DNA of 64,000 nucleotides from an uncultured Candidatus Saccharibacteria bacterium (GTDB lineage Bacteria; Patescibacteriota; Minisyncoccia; Phycocordibacterales; CAYSCM01): NCBI GenBank assembly GCA_964429815.1, contig CAYSCM010000001.1, positions 128,001 to 192,000 of the forward strand, read 5' to 3'. Shown piece by piece: positions 55,170 to 64,000 of this stretch (position 1 is its first letter; each line of letters starts with the position of its first letter). The notes under the pieces were generated by a model. It saw only the letters and a program-made list of their open reading frames with translations, ran no database searches and was not told where the DNA came from. The position numbers and the translations under genes were made by a program.

Positions 55170-57308
55170 GTGAGAGCTCACAAAACGAGTTTACTCCTCC
55201 TGCTCCTCTCCCTTTTCTTTTTTGCCGGGGGCATCTTCATCATCTGGGCCGCGACGCTGCCGCTCCCGGACCTGGGAAGTATCTCCGCGCGGCGCGTCGA
55301 ACAGTCGACCAAACTCTACGACCGAACAGGCAAGGTCCTCCTTTTTGATCTCCACGATGATAAACAGCGCACCCTCGTCACTTTCGACGAGATATCGCGC
55401 AACGTGAAAAACGCTACGGTCGCCATCGAGGACGCGCAATTTTATCAGCACGGCGGCATCCGTCTCCTCTCCATCGCTCGCGCCATACTCGCCGACGCGC
55501 TCGTGACGCTCCACTTGAGCGCCGGCTACGTGCAGGGCGGCTCGACTATCACGCAACAGGTCGTAAAAAACGCCCTGCTCACCCAGCAACGCTCGCTCGC
55601 ACGCAAACTCAAGGAGTGGGTGCTCGCGGTGAAGCTCGACCGCGCTCTCCCGAAGGAGAAAATCCTCGAGCTCTACCTCAATGAGACTCCCTATGGCGGC
55701 AACATCTACGGTGTCGAGGAAGCGAGCCTCGCCTATTTCGGTAAGCGTGCCGTGGATGTTGACCTCGCGGAGGCCGCCTACCTTGCGGCGCTTCCGCAGG
55801 CACCGACCTATTACAGCCCGTACGGCAACCACAAGGGCGCGCTTGAGGAGCGAAAAAACTTAGTCCTCTCAAAAATGCTCGAGAACGGATTCATAACGCA
55901 AGGGGAGTATGACTCCGCGAAAGCAGAGCAAGTAATATTTGCGGCACAGGAAGATAAGAGCATTAAAGCGCCGCACTTTGTCTTTTACATACGCGAGTAC
56001 CTCGAGAATAAGTACGGGAAGGATGCCTTGGAAAATGAAGGGCTTCGCGTCACGACGACCCTTGATTACGATCTCCAGGCCAAAGCGCAGGATATTGTGT
56101 CGCGCTACGCACAGAGCAACCAAAAAACCTTCAACGCGAGCAACGCCGGTCTCGTCGCGATAGATCCAAAAACCGGCCAAATACTTGTCATGGTAGGCTC
56201 CCGCGACTACTTCGATACGACGATCGACGGTGCGGTTAATGTGACGCTCGCCAAGCGTCAGCCGGGCTCATCGTTCAAACCCTTCGTGTACGCGACCGCG
56301 ATAGAAAAGGGCTATACGCCGGATACCGTCGTGTGGGACGTACCGACACAGTTTTCCACCTCCTGTCCCGTCGATAAACTCGAGAGTGACAAGGACCAGT
56401 GCTATGCGCCTCAAAACTACGACGGCAAGTTCCGCGGTCCGGTGACGCTCCGGAGCGCCCTGGCACAGTCGCTCAACGTCCCCTCCGTGAAGGTTTTCTA
56501 CCTTGCCGGGCTTTCCGATTCCCTCACGACCGCCAAGGCGATGGGTATCTCAACCCTCACCGATATCGGACGCTATGGGCTCACCCTGGTGCTCGGCGGC
56601 GGCGAGGTTACTCTCCTCGACGAGACGTCCGCCTACGGCGTGTTTGCCAACCAGGGCGTGCGCAACCCGCCGACCGGGATACTGCGCGTCGAGGACAGTA
56701 AGGGAAACGTGCTCGAGGAGTACGAGCAACACCCCTCCTCGGTGCTCGATCCCACAATCGCCAACACTATCTCTGATATGCTCTCGGACAACGTCGCACG
56801 TGCTCCTTCGTATGGGACGAATTCAGCACTGTATTTCCCCGGTCGTTCCGTCGCCGCAAAAACCGGTACCACCAACGACTACCGCGACGCTTGGATAATC
56901 GGCTACACGCCCTCCATCGCTGCCGGCGCATGGGCTGGCAACAACGACAATACGCCTATGCAAAAAAAGGTAGCGGGGTTCATCATCGCTCCTTTGTGGA
57001 ACGAATTCATGCGTGAAGCTCTGAAAACCCTCCCCGAAGAAGCTTTCCCCGAACCACAGTACGATGACCCCTCGACCCTTAAGCCGATTCTTCGCGGTGT
57101 GTGGCAGCCGGATGTTTCAAACGGCACCGTCCAATACCACGAGATTCTTCAGTACGTCGACCGGGGTAATCCGCGGGGCGCAGCGCCGGCAAACCCCGCG
57201 GCAGACCCACAGTACGCGTACTGGGAGTATGGACTCCAGCACTACCTTTCAAATTCGGGTGTCCCCCAGTCATTACCGACGGCGACACCGACGGTACCCA
57301 CTAACTAA
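55170..57308 (+). CDS. Class A penicillin-binding protein (glycosyltransferase + transpeptidase), PBP1A-like
   Basis: GT51 motifs (ATVAIEDAQFYQHGGI, GGSTITQQ); transpeptidase SSFKPF (SxxK), SLN, KTGTTND. Confidence 0.93.
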   Translation: MRAHKTSLLLLLLSLFFFAGGIFIIWAATLPLPDLGSISARRVEQSTKLYDRTGKVLLFDLHDDKQRTLVTFDEISRNVKNATVAIEDAQFYQHGGIRLLSIARAILADALVTLHLSAGYVQGGSTITQQVVKNALLTQQRSLARKLKEWVLAVKLDRALPKEKILELYLNETPYGGNIYGVEEASLAYFGKRAVDVDLAEAAYLAALPQAPTYYSPYGNHKGALEERKNLVLSKMLENGFITQGEYDSAKAEQVIFAAQEDKSIKAPHFVFYIREYLENKYGKDALENEGLRVTTTLDYDLQAKAQDIVSRYAQSNQKTFNASNAGLVAIDPKTGQILVMVGSRDYFDTTIDGAVNVTLAKRQPGSSFKPFVYATAIEKGYTPDTVVWDVPTQFSTSCPVDKLESDKDQCYAPQNYDGKFRGPVTLRSALAQSLNVPSVKVFYLAGLSDSLTTAKAMGISTLTDIGRYGLTLVLGGGEVTLLDETSAYGVFANQGVRNPPTGILRVEDSKGNVLEEYEQHPSSVLDPTIANTISDMLSDNVARAPSYGTNSALYFPGRSVAAKTGTTNDYRDAWIIGYTPSIAAGAWAGNNDNTPMQKKVAGFIIAPLWNEFMREALKTLPEEAFPEPQYDDPSTLKPILRGVWQPDVSNGTVQYHEILQYVDRGNPRGAAPANPAADPQYAYWEYGLQHYLSNSGVPQSLPTATPTVPTN

Positions 57309-57561
57309 GGTCACGCACAATGCGTTTCCCGGGGAGCGTCTCTGCGACCTCGCGTAGTATCGCTGCCTTATGGAGCATAATTTCGCTTCGTCGAACTGAA
57401 TCTATCTTGAGGTGTACCTTTGAGCCAGATAGTTTTATTTCTTCGGTGGAGACAATAAATCCACAGACCTTCTTAACCGCGGCAGCGACAACGTCCTTGA
57501 TCACTCGTTCGGGGGGTGTAAGGTTCGTAAACCTCGCGAGGTATTCTCGAAGTGGCCGCAT
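57301..57561 (-). CDS. Small hypothetical protein downstream of dnaN, possibly DUF721/DciA-like
   Basis: 86-aa ORF; conserved-looking LSGSKVHLKIDSVRRSEIMLHKAAILREV; position next to dnaN. Confidence 0.5.
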   Translation of the reverse strand: MRPLREYLARFTNLTPPERVIKDVVAAAVKKVCGFIVSTEEIKLSGSKVHLKIDSVRRSEIMLHKAAILREVAETLPGKRIVRDLS

Positions 57562-57564
57562 GCC

Positions 57565-58665
57565 TTAACGATTCATCGGCATGACGAGATAAAGAAACGA
57601 TGCATCGCCCACACCTCGTATGACGAGCGGCTTGCCTGGTCCACCAAAGGTAAGGGTGAGGCTATCAGTGGAGATTGATTGGAGACAGTCGGAAAGGTAG
57701 CGATGGTTGAAGTGTATATCGAGTGATTCTCCGGATAAGGTTGCGGGTATCTGCTCCTCTATTTCACCGATATCCGCATTCCGGGAGCTTAGGGTAAATG
57801 CTTTTTTGTTTGGTTTGAGCGAGAAGGATACCTGATTGAACTTATCGGAAAATACGACAGCGCGCTTAAGAATGGCCATGAAATCGGCTTTAAGGAGCAC
57901 AGCCTCAGTGACTCCCTCTTTGGGAATTATTTGTCGATAGTCCGGGAAGGTGCCGTCGATGAGCCGTGAGGTTATGAACACCCGCTTAAAAGAGAGCGAG
58001 AGTTGGTTTTTTGAGAAGGAGATATTCAATTCAGCATCGGCTTCCTCGAGAATTTTCGCTATCTCAATGGCATTTCGTATGGGAAGTATGAGGGGATCGA
58101 AATCGACGCTCTTCTTTTCGGGAACTATTTTCTCCGCAAGCCTAAATGAATCCGTTGCTGCAAAGATGAGGCTTCCATTATGGTGATAGATATAAATACT
58201 GCAAAGCTCGGGTTTGATTGATGATGTTGAAGCGCTGTAGGCAACGGCTCGTACACCACGAGCGAGTATGTCGGGTTTTATGGAGAGCGACTTTCCGCCG
58301 GAAACGTAGGGGAGGTGAGGAAAATCGGCCGCTGCTTGTCCCTTGATTGTTGTTGTACTGCCTTTGGTTTCCACCTTAAGGTTCCCTTCAACTCCTACTA
58401 ATCGCACCGGGGTTCCTGATGGTGTGGTATTTACCACTTGTGAAAGGATGTGTCCTGGTACCGCAACTACTCCTTCGGTCGAAACTTTAGCCGGTACTTC
58501 AACCTCTATCCCAAGCTCGAGGTTGGTAGAGCGAATGAGAAGGTTGTTCTTTCCTGCAACGATACAAAGGCAGGAGAGTACCGGAAGGGTAACGTTGCGC
58601 CCCGTTGCTCGTTCTGCGAGACCAATGGCCCTCTGGAGTTCTTCGCTTCGTACCTCAACCTTCAT
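57565..58665 (-). CDS. dnaN: DNA polymerase III beta sliding clamp
   Basis: MKVEVRSEELQRAIGLAERATGRN...; three-domain length. Confidence 0.93.
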   Translation of the reverse strand: MKVEVRSEELQRAIGLAERATGRNVTLPVLSCLCIVAGKNNLLIRSTNLELGIEVEVPAKVSTEGVVAVPGHILSQVVNTTPSGTPVRLVGVEGNLKVETKGSTTTIKGQAAADFPHLPYVSGGKSLSIKPDILARGVRAVAYSASTSSIKPELCSIYIYHHNGSLIFAATDSFRLAEKIVPEKKSVDFDPLILPIRNAIEIAKILEEADAELNISFSKNQLSLSFKRVFITSRLIDGTFPDYRQIIPKEGVTEAVLLKADFMAILKRAVVFSDKFNQVSFSLKPNKKAFTLSSRNADIGEIEEQIPATLSGESLDIHFNHRYLSDCLQSISTDSLTLTFGGPGKPLVIRGVGDASFLYLVMPMNR

Positions 58666-58902
58666 ATATATGATTTTTAAATGAATTTAAAGAGATATTT
58701 CTATTTACTCTGTGGAAACCGTGAATAGTCATTGTAAGCTTTTATTTCAAGGGAATTTTTACGTTACTATATTCCTACTATGTGGATAGAATGCGTATTT
58801 CTCACTCAATAATCCCCACTCCCCGCTCATTTTATATTTTCAATCATCTTATGTACGCATAATTGTCGTTGTATCCATCGGCTACCAACGCACTCTCCAC
58901 AC
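58666..58902. other. Putative oriC: AT-rich dnaA-dnaN intergenic region with DnaA-box-like 9-mers
   Basis: ~33% GC versus ~60% in the flanks; boxes TGTGGAAAC (58711-58719), TGTGGATAG (58781-58789), and weaker matches at ~58870 and ~58894; AT-rich DUE-like stretch attttatattttcaatcatc. Confidence 0.5.
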
Positions 58903-60288
58903 TTATTTCAACATTCCCCGTATCTGCTCTATTTCCTGGGTGAGAGTAGCATCGACCTTGAGATCGTTTTTTATCTTTTCACACGAGTGAATCACGGTCG
59001 TATGGTCGCGACCACCAAGCCGTGAGCCTATTGTGGGGAATGATACATGAAAATCCTCACGAAGAATGTACATAATGACTTGCCGCGGGCGCACCACCTC
59101 CTTTCGGCGCGTTTTTTCATAGATGGACTCTTCAGGGATGTCATAAAAATCGGCGATTTTCTTGATAATCTCCTTTGTGGAGACTAATTTTTTTGGTCGC
59201 GATGACAATTTAATAAGATTTTTTACCTCAGGGAGCGTCAAGGTGCGTCCCTTAAGTTGTGACTGCATAACGACGGCGTTGAGCATCCCCTCGAGCTCTC
59301 GGATGTTGGCGACGATGGTTCCCGCGAGGTGCTCGAGGAGCTCATGGTCGAGGAGATAGCCTTGCTGGAGCGATTTTGTCTTGAGAATTGCCATTCTCGA
59401 CTCGAAATCCGGCTCCGGTATGTCGACAATCATGCCGCCGGAGAAACGCGACTTAAGGCGGTCGTCGATATGCTGGAGCTCGGAGGGGTGCTTATCCGAG
59501 GAAAAGACTATCTGTTTGTTGTTGTCGTGGAGGACATTGAAGGTGTGGAAGAGCTCATCCATGGAGCGCTCTTTCTGCGAGATGAATTGCACGTCGTCCA
59601 TGATGAGCACATCGTACTGGCGATACTTTTCCTTAAAGCCTGTGAAATTCGTGCTCTGCACCGCAGCGAGGTAGTCCATGACGAACCGCTCCGAGGTCAC
59701 ATAGTAAATTTTTTTACCCGAATGAGCTTTTTTTATCTGGTTCCCTATTGCTTGGATGAGATGAGTTTTACCTCGGCCCGTCGCGCCGTAGATAAAGAGG
59801 GGGTTGTAAGCGATCCCGGGCTTTTTGACGACCGCTTGCGCCGCGGCGAACGCGAGCTCATTAAACGGCCCGACAACGAAGGTGTCGAAGGTATAGCGGG
59901 GGTTGAGGTTGTCGCTTTTGTTTATGTAGTACTCGGAGAGGGGCAGCTCTCCGGTAAGAAGGACATTGGGCCGTGGAGCCTCTTCTTCAGAGCGCGTGCG
60001 GCCCCGGCTTATCGTGTATTCAAGCCCGCGGATGTGAGTACTGGCGCTCCGGAGCGCCTTGAGTATGAATTTGTGGTACTTTTTTGAAAGCCAATCACGG
60101 ACGAACTGGTTCGGAACGGCCAAAAACACCACGCCGTCCTCGATGCGCGCGATCGACGTGTCTTTAAACCACGTCGTGAAGTTCGGTTTTGAGATGGAGA
60201 GCTCTATTTCGACGAGGACGTTCTGCCATAGCTCCTTCGTATCGATTTCCTCTACGACGACGCCAGCATGCGTATCAACCCCATCCAT
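58903..60288 (-). CDS. dnaA: Chromosomal replication initiator protein DnaA
   Basis: Walker A GATGRGKTHLIQAIGN; domain IV GGRDHTTVIHSCEKI. Confidence 0.95.
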   Translation of the reverse strand: MDGVDTHAGVVVEEIDTKELWQNVLVEIELSISKPNFTTWFKDTSIARIEDGVVFLAVPNQFVRDWLSKKYHKFILKALRSASTHIRGLEYTISRGRTRSEEEAPRPNVLLTGELPLSEYYINKSDNLNPRYTFDTFVVGPFNELAFAAAQAVVKKPGIAYNPLFIYGATGRGKTHLIQAIGNQIKKAHSGKKIYYVTSERFVMDYLAAVQSTNFTGFKEKYRQYDVLIMDDVQFISQKERSMDELFHTFNVLHDNNKQIVFSSDKHPSELQHIDDRLKSRFSGGMIVDIPEPDFESRMAILKTKSLQQGYLLDHELLEHLAGTIVANIRELEGMLNAVVMQSQLKGRTLTLPEVKNLIKLSSRPKKLVSTKEIIKKIADFYDIPEESIYEKTRRKEVVRPRQVIMYILREDFHVSFPTIGSRLGGRDHTTVIHSCEKIKNDLKVDATLTQEIEQIRGMLK

Positions 60289-60382
60289 AGTGGTCCTAGT
60301 ATCGCACCGCCCCGCGGACCGTCAAACTTGCGTTAAAACGGCCGATATGGTACTAACGTGTGTATAACCTGTTGAAAATTTC

Positions 60383-60520
60383 GTGCCGAAACGAACCTAT
60401 CAACCCAAGAAGCGAAAACGCGCCCGTACCCACGGGTTCCTTGCTCGTACGCGTTCCCGAAAAGGAGGGAACGTTCTTGCACGCCGCCGCCGGCGCGGCC
60501 GGCGGCGTCTCTCTGTTTAG
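60383..60520 (+). CDS. rpmH: 50S ribosomal protein L34 (GTG start)
   Basis: Hand translation (V/M)[44 protein letters not shown]; conserved position before rnpA. Missed by the ORF track (45 aa). Confidence 0.82.
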   Translation: MPKRTYQPKKRKRARTHGFLARTRSRKGGNVLARRRRRGRRRLSV

Positions 60521-60528
60521 GTTTTTCG

Positions 60529-60864
60529 ATGCTTCGGAAAAAAAATAGGCTAACCCGCGCCCACTTTGCGGGACTTGCCTCCGGGAGCATTTTCCAGAGA
60601 CCCTCTATGACCCTTCGTTTACGTACAGGGCAGGGAGAGAGCCGCTTCGCCGTTGTTGTTTCCTCGGCCGTTTCTAGAAATGCGACGAGTCGCAACTATT
60701 TGCGGAGAGTCCTCTACGGTGCGCTACGTTTCCACTGGCCGAAGCTAAAAAAAGGCCTCAATGGAGCCATATTTTTGAAAAAACACGCTGTGAACCTCCG
60801 GCCCAATGAGCTCAAGGAAGAGCTTAAAGATCTCTTGAACGTAAGCCGCAGCCTCACTCCGTAG
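60529..60864 (+). CDS. rnpA: Ribonuclease P protein component
   Basis: LRKKNRLTRAHFAG...RFAVVVSSAVSRNATSRNYLRRVL. Confidence 0.88.
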   Translation: MLRKKNRLTRAHFAGLASGSIFQRPSMTLRLRTGQGESRFAVVVSSAVSRNATSRNYLRRVLYGALRFHWPKLKKGLNGAIFLKKHAVNLRPNELKEELKDLLNVSRSLTP

Positions 60865-60917
60865 GCTACTTCCTTGGGAAAATTGTGGAATACCCTGAGA
60901 GCGGCTAGAATAGCCAA

Positions 60918-61646
60918 ATGTCGGCTCTCTTCCATGCCGCTCTCTACAACCCGCTTTACAACGGGCTTATTTTTTTGATAGGCGTCATGCCCGCGGGAGA
61001 TGCGGGGCTCGCCATCATAGCGCTCACCATCATCGTCAAGCTCATCCTCTTCCCTCTCTCGCTCCGGGCGGCACGCACCCAGATACTCATGCGCTCCCTC
61101 GAAGACGAGTTGGCGACTATAAAACAGCGCTATAAAGACCGGCGGGAACAGGCGATGAAGACCATGGAGCTCTACCGGCGCGAAAAGGTGAACCCGTTCT
61201 CAAGTTTCCTCCTCATCTTGATACAACTCCCTGTCATATTCGCGCTCTATTTCGTGTTCGTGCGCGGTGGATTGCCTACCATCCACACCGCCATTCTTTA
61301 CCCTTTCGTGCATGTACCCGGAAGCGTTGATCTCATCTTTCTAGGGCTCTTTGATCTTTCGACCCACAGCATTATTCTCGCAGTTCTTGCCGGCCTTTCT
61401 CAGTTCATCCAAGCCTCTATCAGCTTCTCGAAAGGTCCGCATGTGAAAGGCTCTGAAAGAACTGTTGCGCACGCCATGCAGCTCCAGATGAAATACCTCT
61501 TCCCCCTTCTCATCGCCTACATCGCCTACCGCTTCTTTGCCGCAGTTGCACTTTACTGGGTGACGAGTAATATCTTTGCAATCGGCCAGGAACTGTATGT
61601 GCGCGCAAAGCTCAAGCAGGTTGTCCGTCCAAACGCCGCGTCATGA
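60918..61646 (+). CDS. yidC: Membrane protein insertase YidC (short form)
   Basis: LSLRAARTQILMRSLEDELATIKQRYKDRREQAMKTMELYRREKVNPFSS. Confidence 0.9.
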   Translation: MSALFHAALYNPLYNGLIFLIGVMPAGDAGLAIIALTIIVKLILFPLSLRAARTQILMRSLEDELATIKQRYKDRREQAMKTMELYRREKVNPFSSFLLILIQLPVIFALYFVFVRGGLPTIHTAILYPFVHVPGSVDLIFLGLFDLSTHSIILAVLAGLSQFIQASISFSKGPHVKGSERTVAHAMQLQMKYLFPLLIAYIAYRFFAAVALYWVTSNIFAIGQELYVRAKLKQVVRPNAAS

Positions 61647-62173
61647 ATGAAGAAAACCAGCAAAAACAACAGCATGCCAAAGAAACGCGCCGCCCTATCG
61701 ACCGGGCGCTCATTCGTAAACTTTTAACCGACGTACTGGAACGCCTCCAGATAACCGTTGAGGCGCTCGAGGAGATCGACCACCCGGCCCACCCCATTTT
61801 TTTGGTGAAGACACCCGATTCGGCGGTTCTCATAGGCAACCGGGGAGAGAGCCTCCAAGCACTCAACTATCTCTTGCGAAAAATGGTCGAGCAAGAGGGT
61901 GACGGAGAGGGCATGGAGCAGTTTCTCGTCGACGTCAATCACTACCAAAGCAAAAAAATAGACGAGCTGCGGCAAAAAGCGCTCATGCTCGCGGAGCGCG
62001 CTCGTCTCTTCAAGCACGACGTTGAAATGAGCCCCATGAGCGCCTACGAACGCATGATCGTGCACGCAACATTCGCCGATCATCCCGACGTCGGCACAGA
62101 ATCGCAAGGCGAAGGAAAGTTCCGCCGCGTGGTCATCAAATATAAGGGTTCAGGAAGCGGCGGAGGTACCTAA
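61643..62173 (+). CDS. Jag/KhpB RNA-binding protein (KH + R3H)
   Basis: C-terminal R3H MSPMSAYERMIVHATFADHPDVGTESQGEGKFRRVVIKYK. Confidence 0.88.
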   Translation: MNEENQQKQQHAKETRRPIDRALIRKLLTDVLERLQITVEALEEIDHPAHPIFLVKTPDSAVLIGNRGESLQALNYLLRKMVEQEGDGEGMEQFLVDVNHYQSKKIDELRQKALMLAERARLFKHDVEMSPMSAYERMIVHATFADHPDVGTESQGEGKFRRVVIKYKGSGSGGGT

Positions 62174-63438
62174 CGGGCGCCCGTCGATGTGGCACTGTCG
62201 CTGAGCCTCACGCTCCAGAGTGAGAGATCTTTTTTGTTTTGAAAGAGAAGCTCGTCTTCGTTAGGTGAGAGCGAGAGATACTGCACGTCGAAGAGACGCG
62301 TGCCTTCACTGCTGAAGCGATAGAAGAGGGTTGAAGCACCTGTTTGTGCGTCGATATGCCAAATGTTATCGGAGAAACTAGCTTGCCCCTGGTACCACAG
62401 GTCGGGATAGGTACCATTCGTATTTCCCGTAACTGCAAACGGCACCGCACAGAGTATCTCCGTTGGTTTTTTGACGCTCCAGAGGCACTTGTCGGGGATG
62501 GTGGCGACGGCTGCATCGATGACTTTCCCTGTTCTAACGTTGAGGATATGCATAAGGATGGTAGAACCGATGGTCTCGCTCCACAGAATACGCTTGCCGT
62601 CCGCGCTCGGGAGAGCTGTGAGCCCCGAAATGTCGCCAAGGAGGCGCCCCACGGTGCCCGAGGAGGGATTCACGCTGTAAAGATAGCCCGGAGTGTTTCC
62701 GGAGGGTTTGGAGAGAAGAAGCGGGGTTCCTCCGAGCCAGTAGGGAAGCCACTCGGATATAGGCGAGGAAAAGAGCTTGGTGATTTTCCCGGTAGAAATG
62801 TTGTCGACGATGACCGAAGAACCCTGATTCTCCTTGCGGATGTAGAGAAGCTGCTTTCCTTTGCTATCAGGTGCTACGGCGAGAATATTGTCTTCGAGAT
62901 AGGTGCCGCCGAGCGACCCTCCGCCCCCGTTTGCGTTTATACGGCCGAGGAACGTCTGTATGCGCTCGTCGCTCTCCGAGAGGAGACGCAAAAGCAAGAT
63001 TATCGGGCTGTCGAGCCAGAGCGCCTGGTAGATCTTAGGTATAGTTGTATTGGTAACGCGCTTCGTCTCGCTATTTTCGAAGTTAGCTTCGTAGACGTTG
63101 CCATCTTCGCGTTCAATGTAGCGAATGAACTCGTTGCCATTGGCGAGGAACGAGGCATACCCCGACACCGGCTTTCCGGATACCAGGTGCAGACGCGGTG
63201 ATGTGCTGGCCTGCCCGGAGAGTTCTGCTCCGGTGTCACCTCCTTGTGGAAAGGGCTCTCCCGAACCAGTGCCACCTTGCCCCGTTGGACTTTCAGAAAT
63301 TTGTCCGAATATAGGCTGTTGAGCTTGCGATGAGCTCCTAGAACTCGCGGTTTTCCCTAAGAAATAATAGCTGCCAACCCCAAGTAGCACGAGGCCGAAG
63401 AAAAGTCCGAGAGTGATGTAGAGGGTCTTTCGTCTCAT
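62170..63438 (-). CDS. Secreted/anchored hypothetical protein with beta-propeller-like repeats
   Basis: N-terminal TM/signal; repetitive beta-strand-rich sequence with Trp/Gly repeats. Confidence 0.7.
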   Translation of the reverse strand: MRRKTLYITLGLFFGLVLLGVGSYYFLGKTASSRSSSQAQQPIFGQISESPTGQGGTGSGEPFPQGGDTGAELSGQASTSPRLHLVSGKPVSGYASFLANGNEFIRYIEREDGNVYEANFENSETKRVTNTTIPKIYQALWLDSPIILLLRLLSESDERIQTFLGRINANGGGGSLGGTYLEDNILAVAPDSKGKQLLYIRKENQGSSVIVDNISTGKITKLFSSPISEWLPYWLGGTPLLLSKPSGNTPGYLYSVNPSSGTVGRLLGDISGLTALPSADGKRILWSETIGSTILMHILNVRTGKVIDAAVATIPDKCLWSVKKPTEILCAVPFAVTGNTNGTYPDLWYQGQASFSDNIWHIDAQTGASTLFYRFSSEGTRLFDVQYLSLSPNEDELLFQNKKDLSLWSVRLSDSATSTGAR

Positions 63439-63439
63439 A

Positions 63440-64000
63440 TCAAAATCCTATAGCGCTGCACCTCGGTGCTTCTCCGAATCCCGGACAATATTGCTGGCAA
63501 TCAGCGAGAGAGGAAAAGGCTACTTTCCCAGTCTCGATTCCCTTCCCCCAGGTGCAGAGTGTTTCCTGCGGGGCATTAAAAAGACTCTGTGGCTCTTGTG
63601 GCGGAGGTGGCAGGTTCGTCGTTTGTGATTGTAAAACGTCAGCCGACACCGCCGTGCATCTGCCCGAACAGGTTCGCTGGCACTCATCCATTGATGCAAC
63701 ATAGTAGCGTCGTCCTTGATATGAACCGTTATCTTCACGAAGTTCGCACGCCGCCTGAGAACTTATGCTAGTTGGAATCCCGTTTATAATCGGAGTCTTG
63801 TTTGGCTGGGTCGTTATTGTCGTCGGGCTCCCCGTCCCGGGCGTTGTGGATGGCCCGCCGAGGAGCGAATTATTTTTTACAATCTGCGGATTGATGGTGA
63901 CGAGGAGTACGTAGGAGAGAAGGATGATAAGAAGGCCGTATATCGCGGATTCAATGTAATCACGCCCACCCTCTTTCCCAAACGGCGTACTGCTCAGCAT
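63440..64000 (-). CDS. Membrane-anchored Cys-rich hypothetical protein (start at the window edge; may be partial)
   Basis: ORF reaches the last base of the window; TM helix LLIILLSYVLLVTI; 10 Cys in the C-terminal part. Confidence 0.55.
   Translation of the reverse strand: MLSSTPFGKEGGRDYIESAIYGLLIILLSYVLLVTINPQIVKNNSLLGGPSTTPGTGSPTTITTQPNKTPIINGIPTSISSQAACELREDNGSYQGRRYYVASMDECQRTCSGRCTAVSADVLQSQTTNLPPPPQEPQSLFNAPQETLCTWGKGIETGKVAFSSLADCQQYCPGFGEAPRCSAIGF

Noticed and set aside
1-64000. CRISPR arrays, rRNA genes, IS elements
   Set aside because: No regularly spaced direct repeats, no rRNA-like conserved stretches and no transposase-like ORFs were seen on either strand.

Overview
This 64 kb window is a ~60% GC, gene-dense bacterial chromosome segment. 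It spans the replication-origin neighbourhood: dnaN and dnaA on the minus strand and, divergently, rpmH-rnpA-yidC-jag on the plus strand, with an AT-rich DnaA-box region between dnaA and dnaN. Reading the ORF track and the raw sequence by eye, I call about 70 CDS, 7 tRNAs (His, Leu, Val, Arg-TCT, Ser, Arg-GCG, Lys), several intrinsic terminators and two small sigma70-like promoters. I see no rRNA, no CRISPR array and no recognisable IS element or integrase. The house-keeping genes include rplK-nusG-secE, a thymidylate cluster (thyA, folA, a dCMP deaminase), ruvABC with yqgF, polA, holA, tyrS, a PBP1A, a mur ligase, and pilMNO plus pilB of a type IV pilus system. Several proteins are shorter than their usual forms and there are many secreted hypotheticals, which is consistent with a reduced-genome lineage; that placement is inference only. 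The main find is a ~9 kb low-GC island at about 28.0-37.3 kb, ending beside a tRNA that carries an unusual GCG anticodon. Its genes are a YcaO-domain protein with the C-terminal proline-rich tail, an AMMECR1 domain fused to an alpha/alpha-toroid repeat domain, a small Tyr/Gly/Cys-rich candidate precursor protein, a membrane-anchored unknown, two FAD/adenylate enzymes and a sulfotransferase-like protein. I read this as a candidate, previously undescribed peptide-modification (RiPP-like) system. Smaller points: a tandemly duplicated module pairing a multi-pass membrane protein with a divergent micro-peptide, one copy frameshifted; a high-GC single-gene insertion beside secE; and three genes the ORF track misses (a membrane protein at the left edge, secE, and rpmH with a GTG start).
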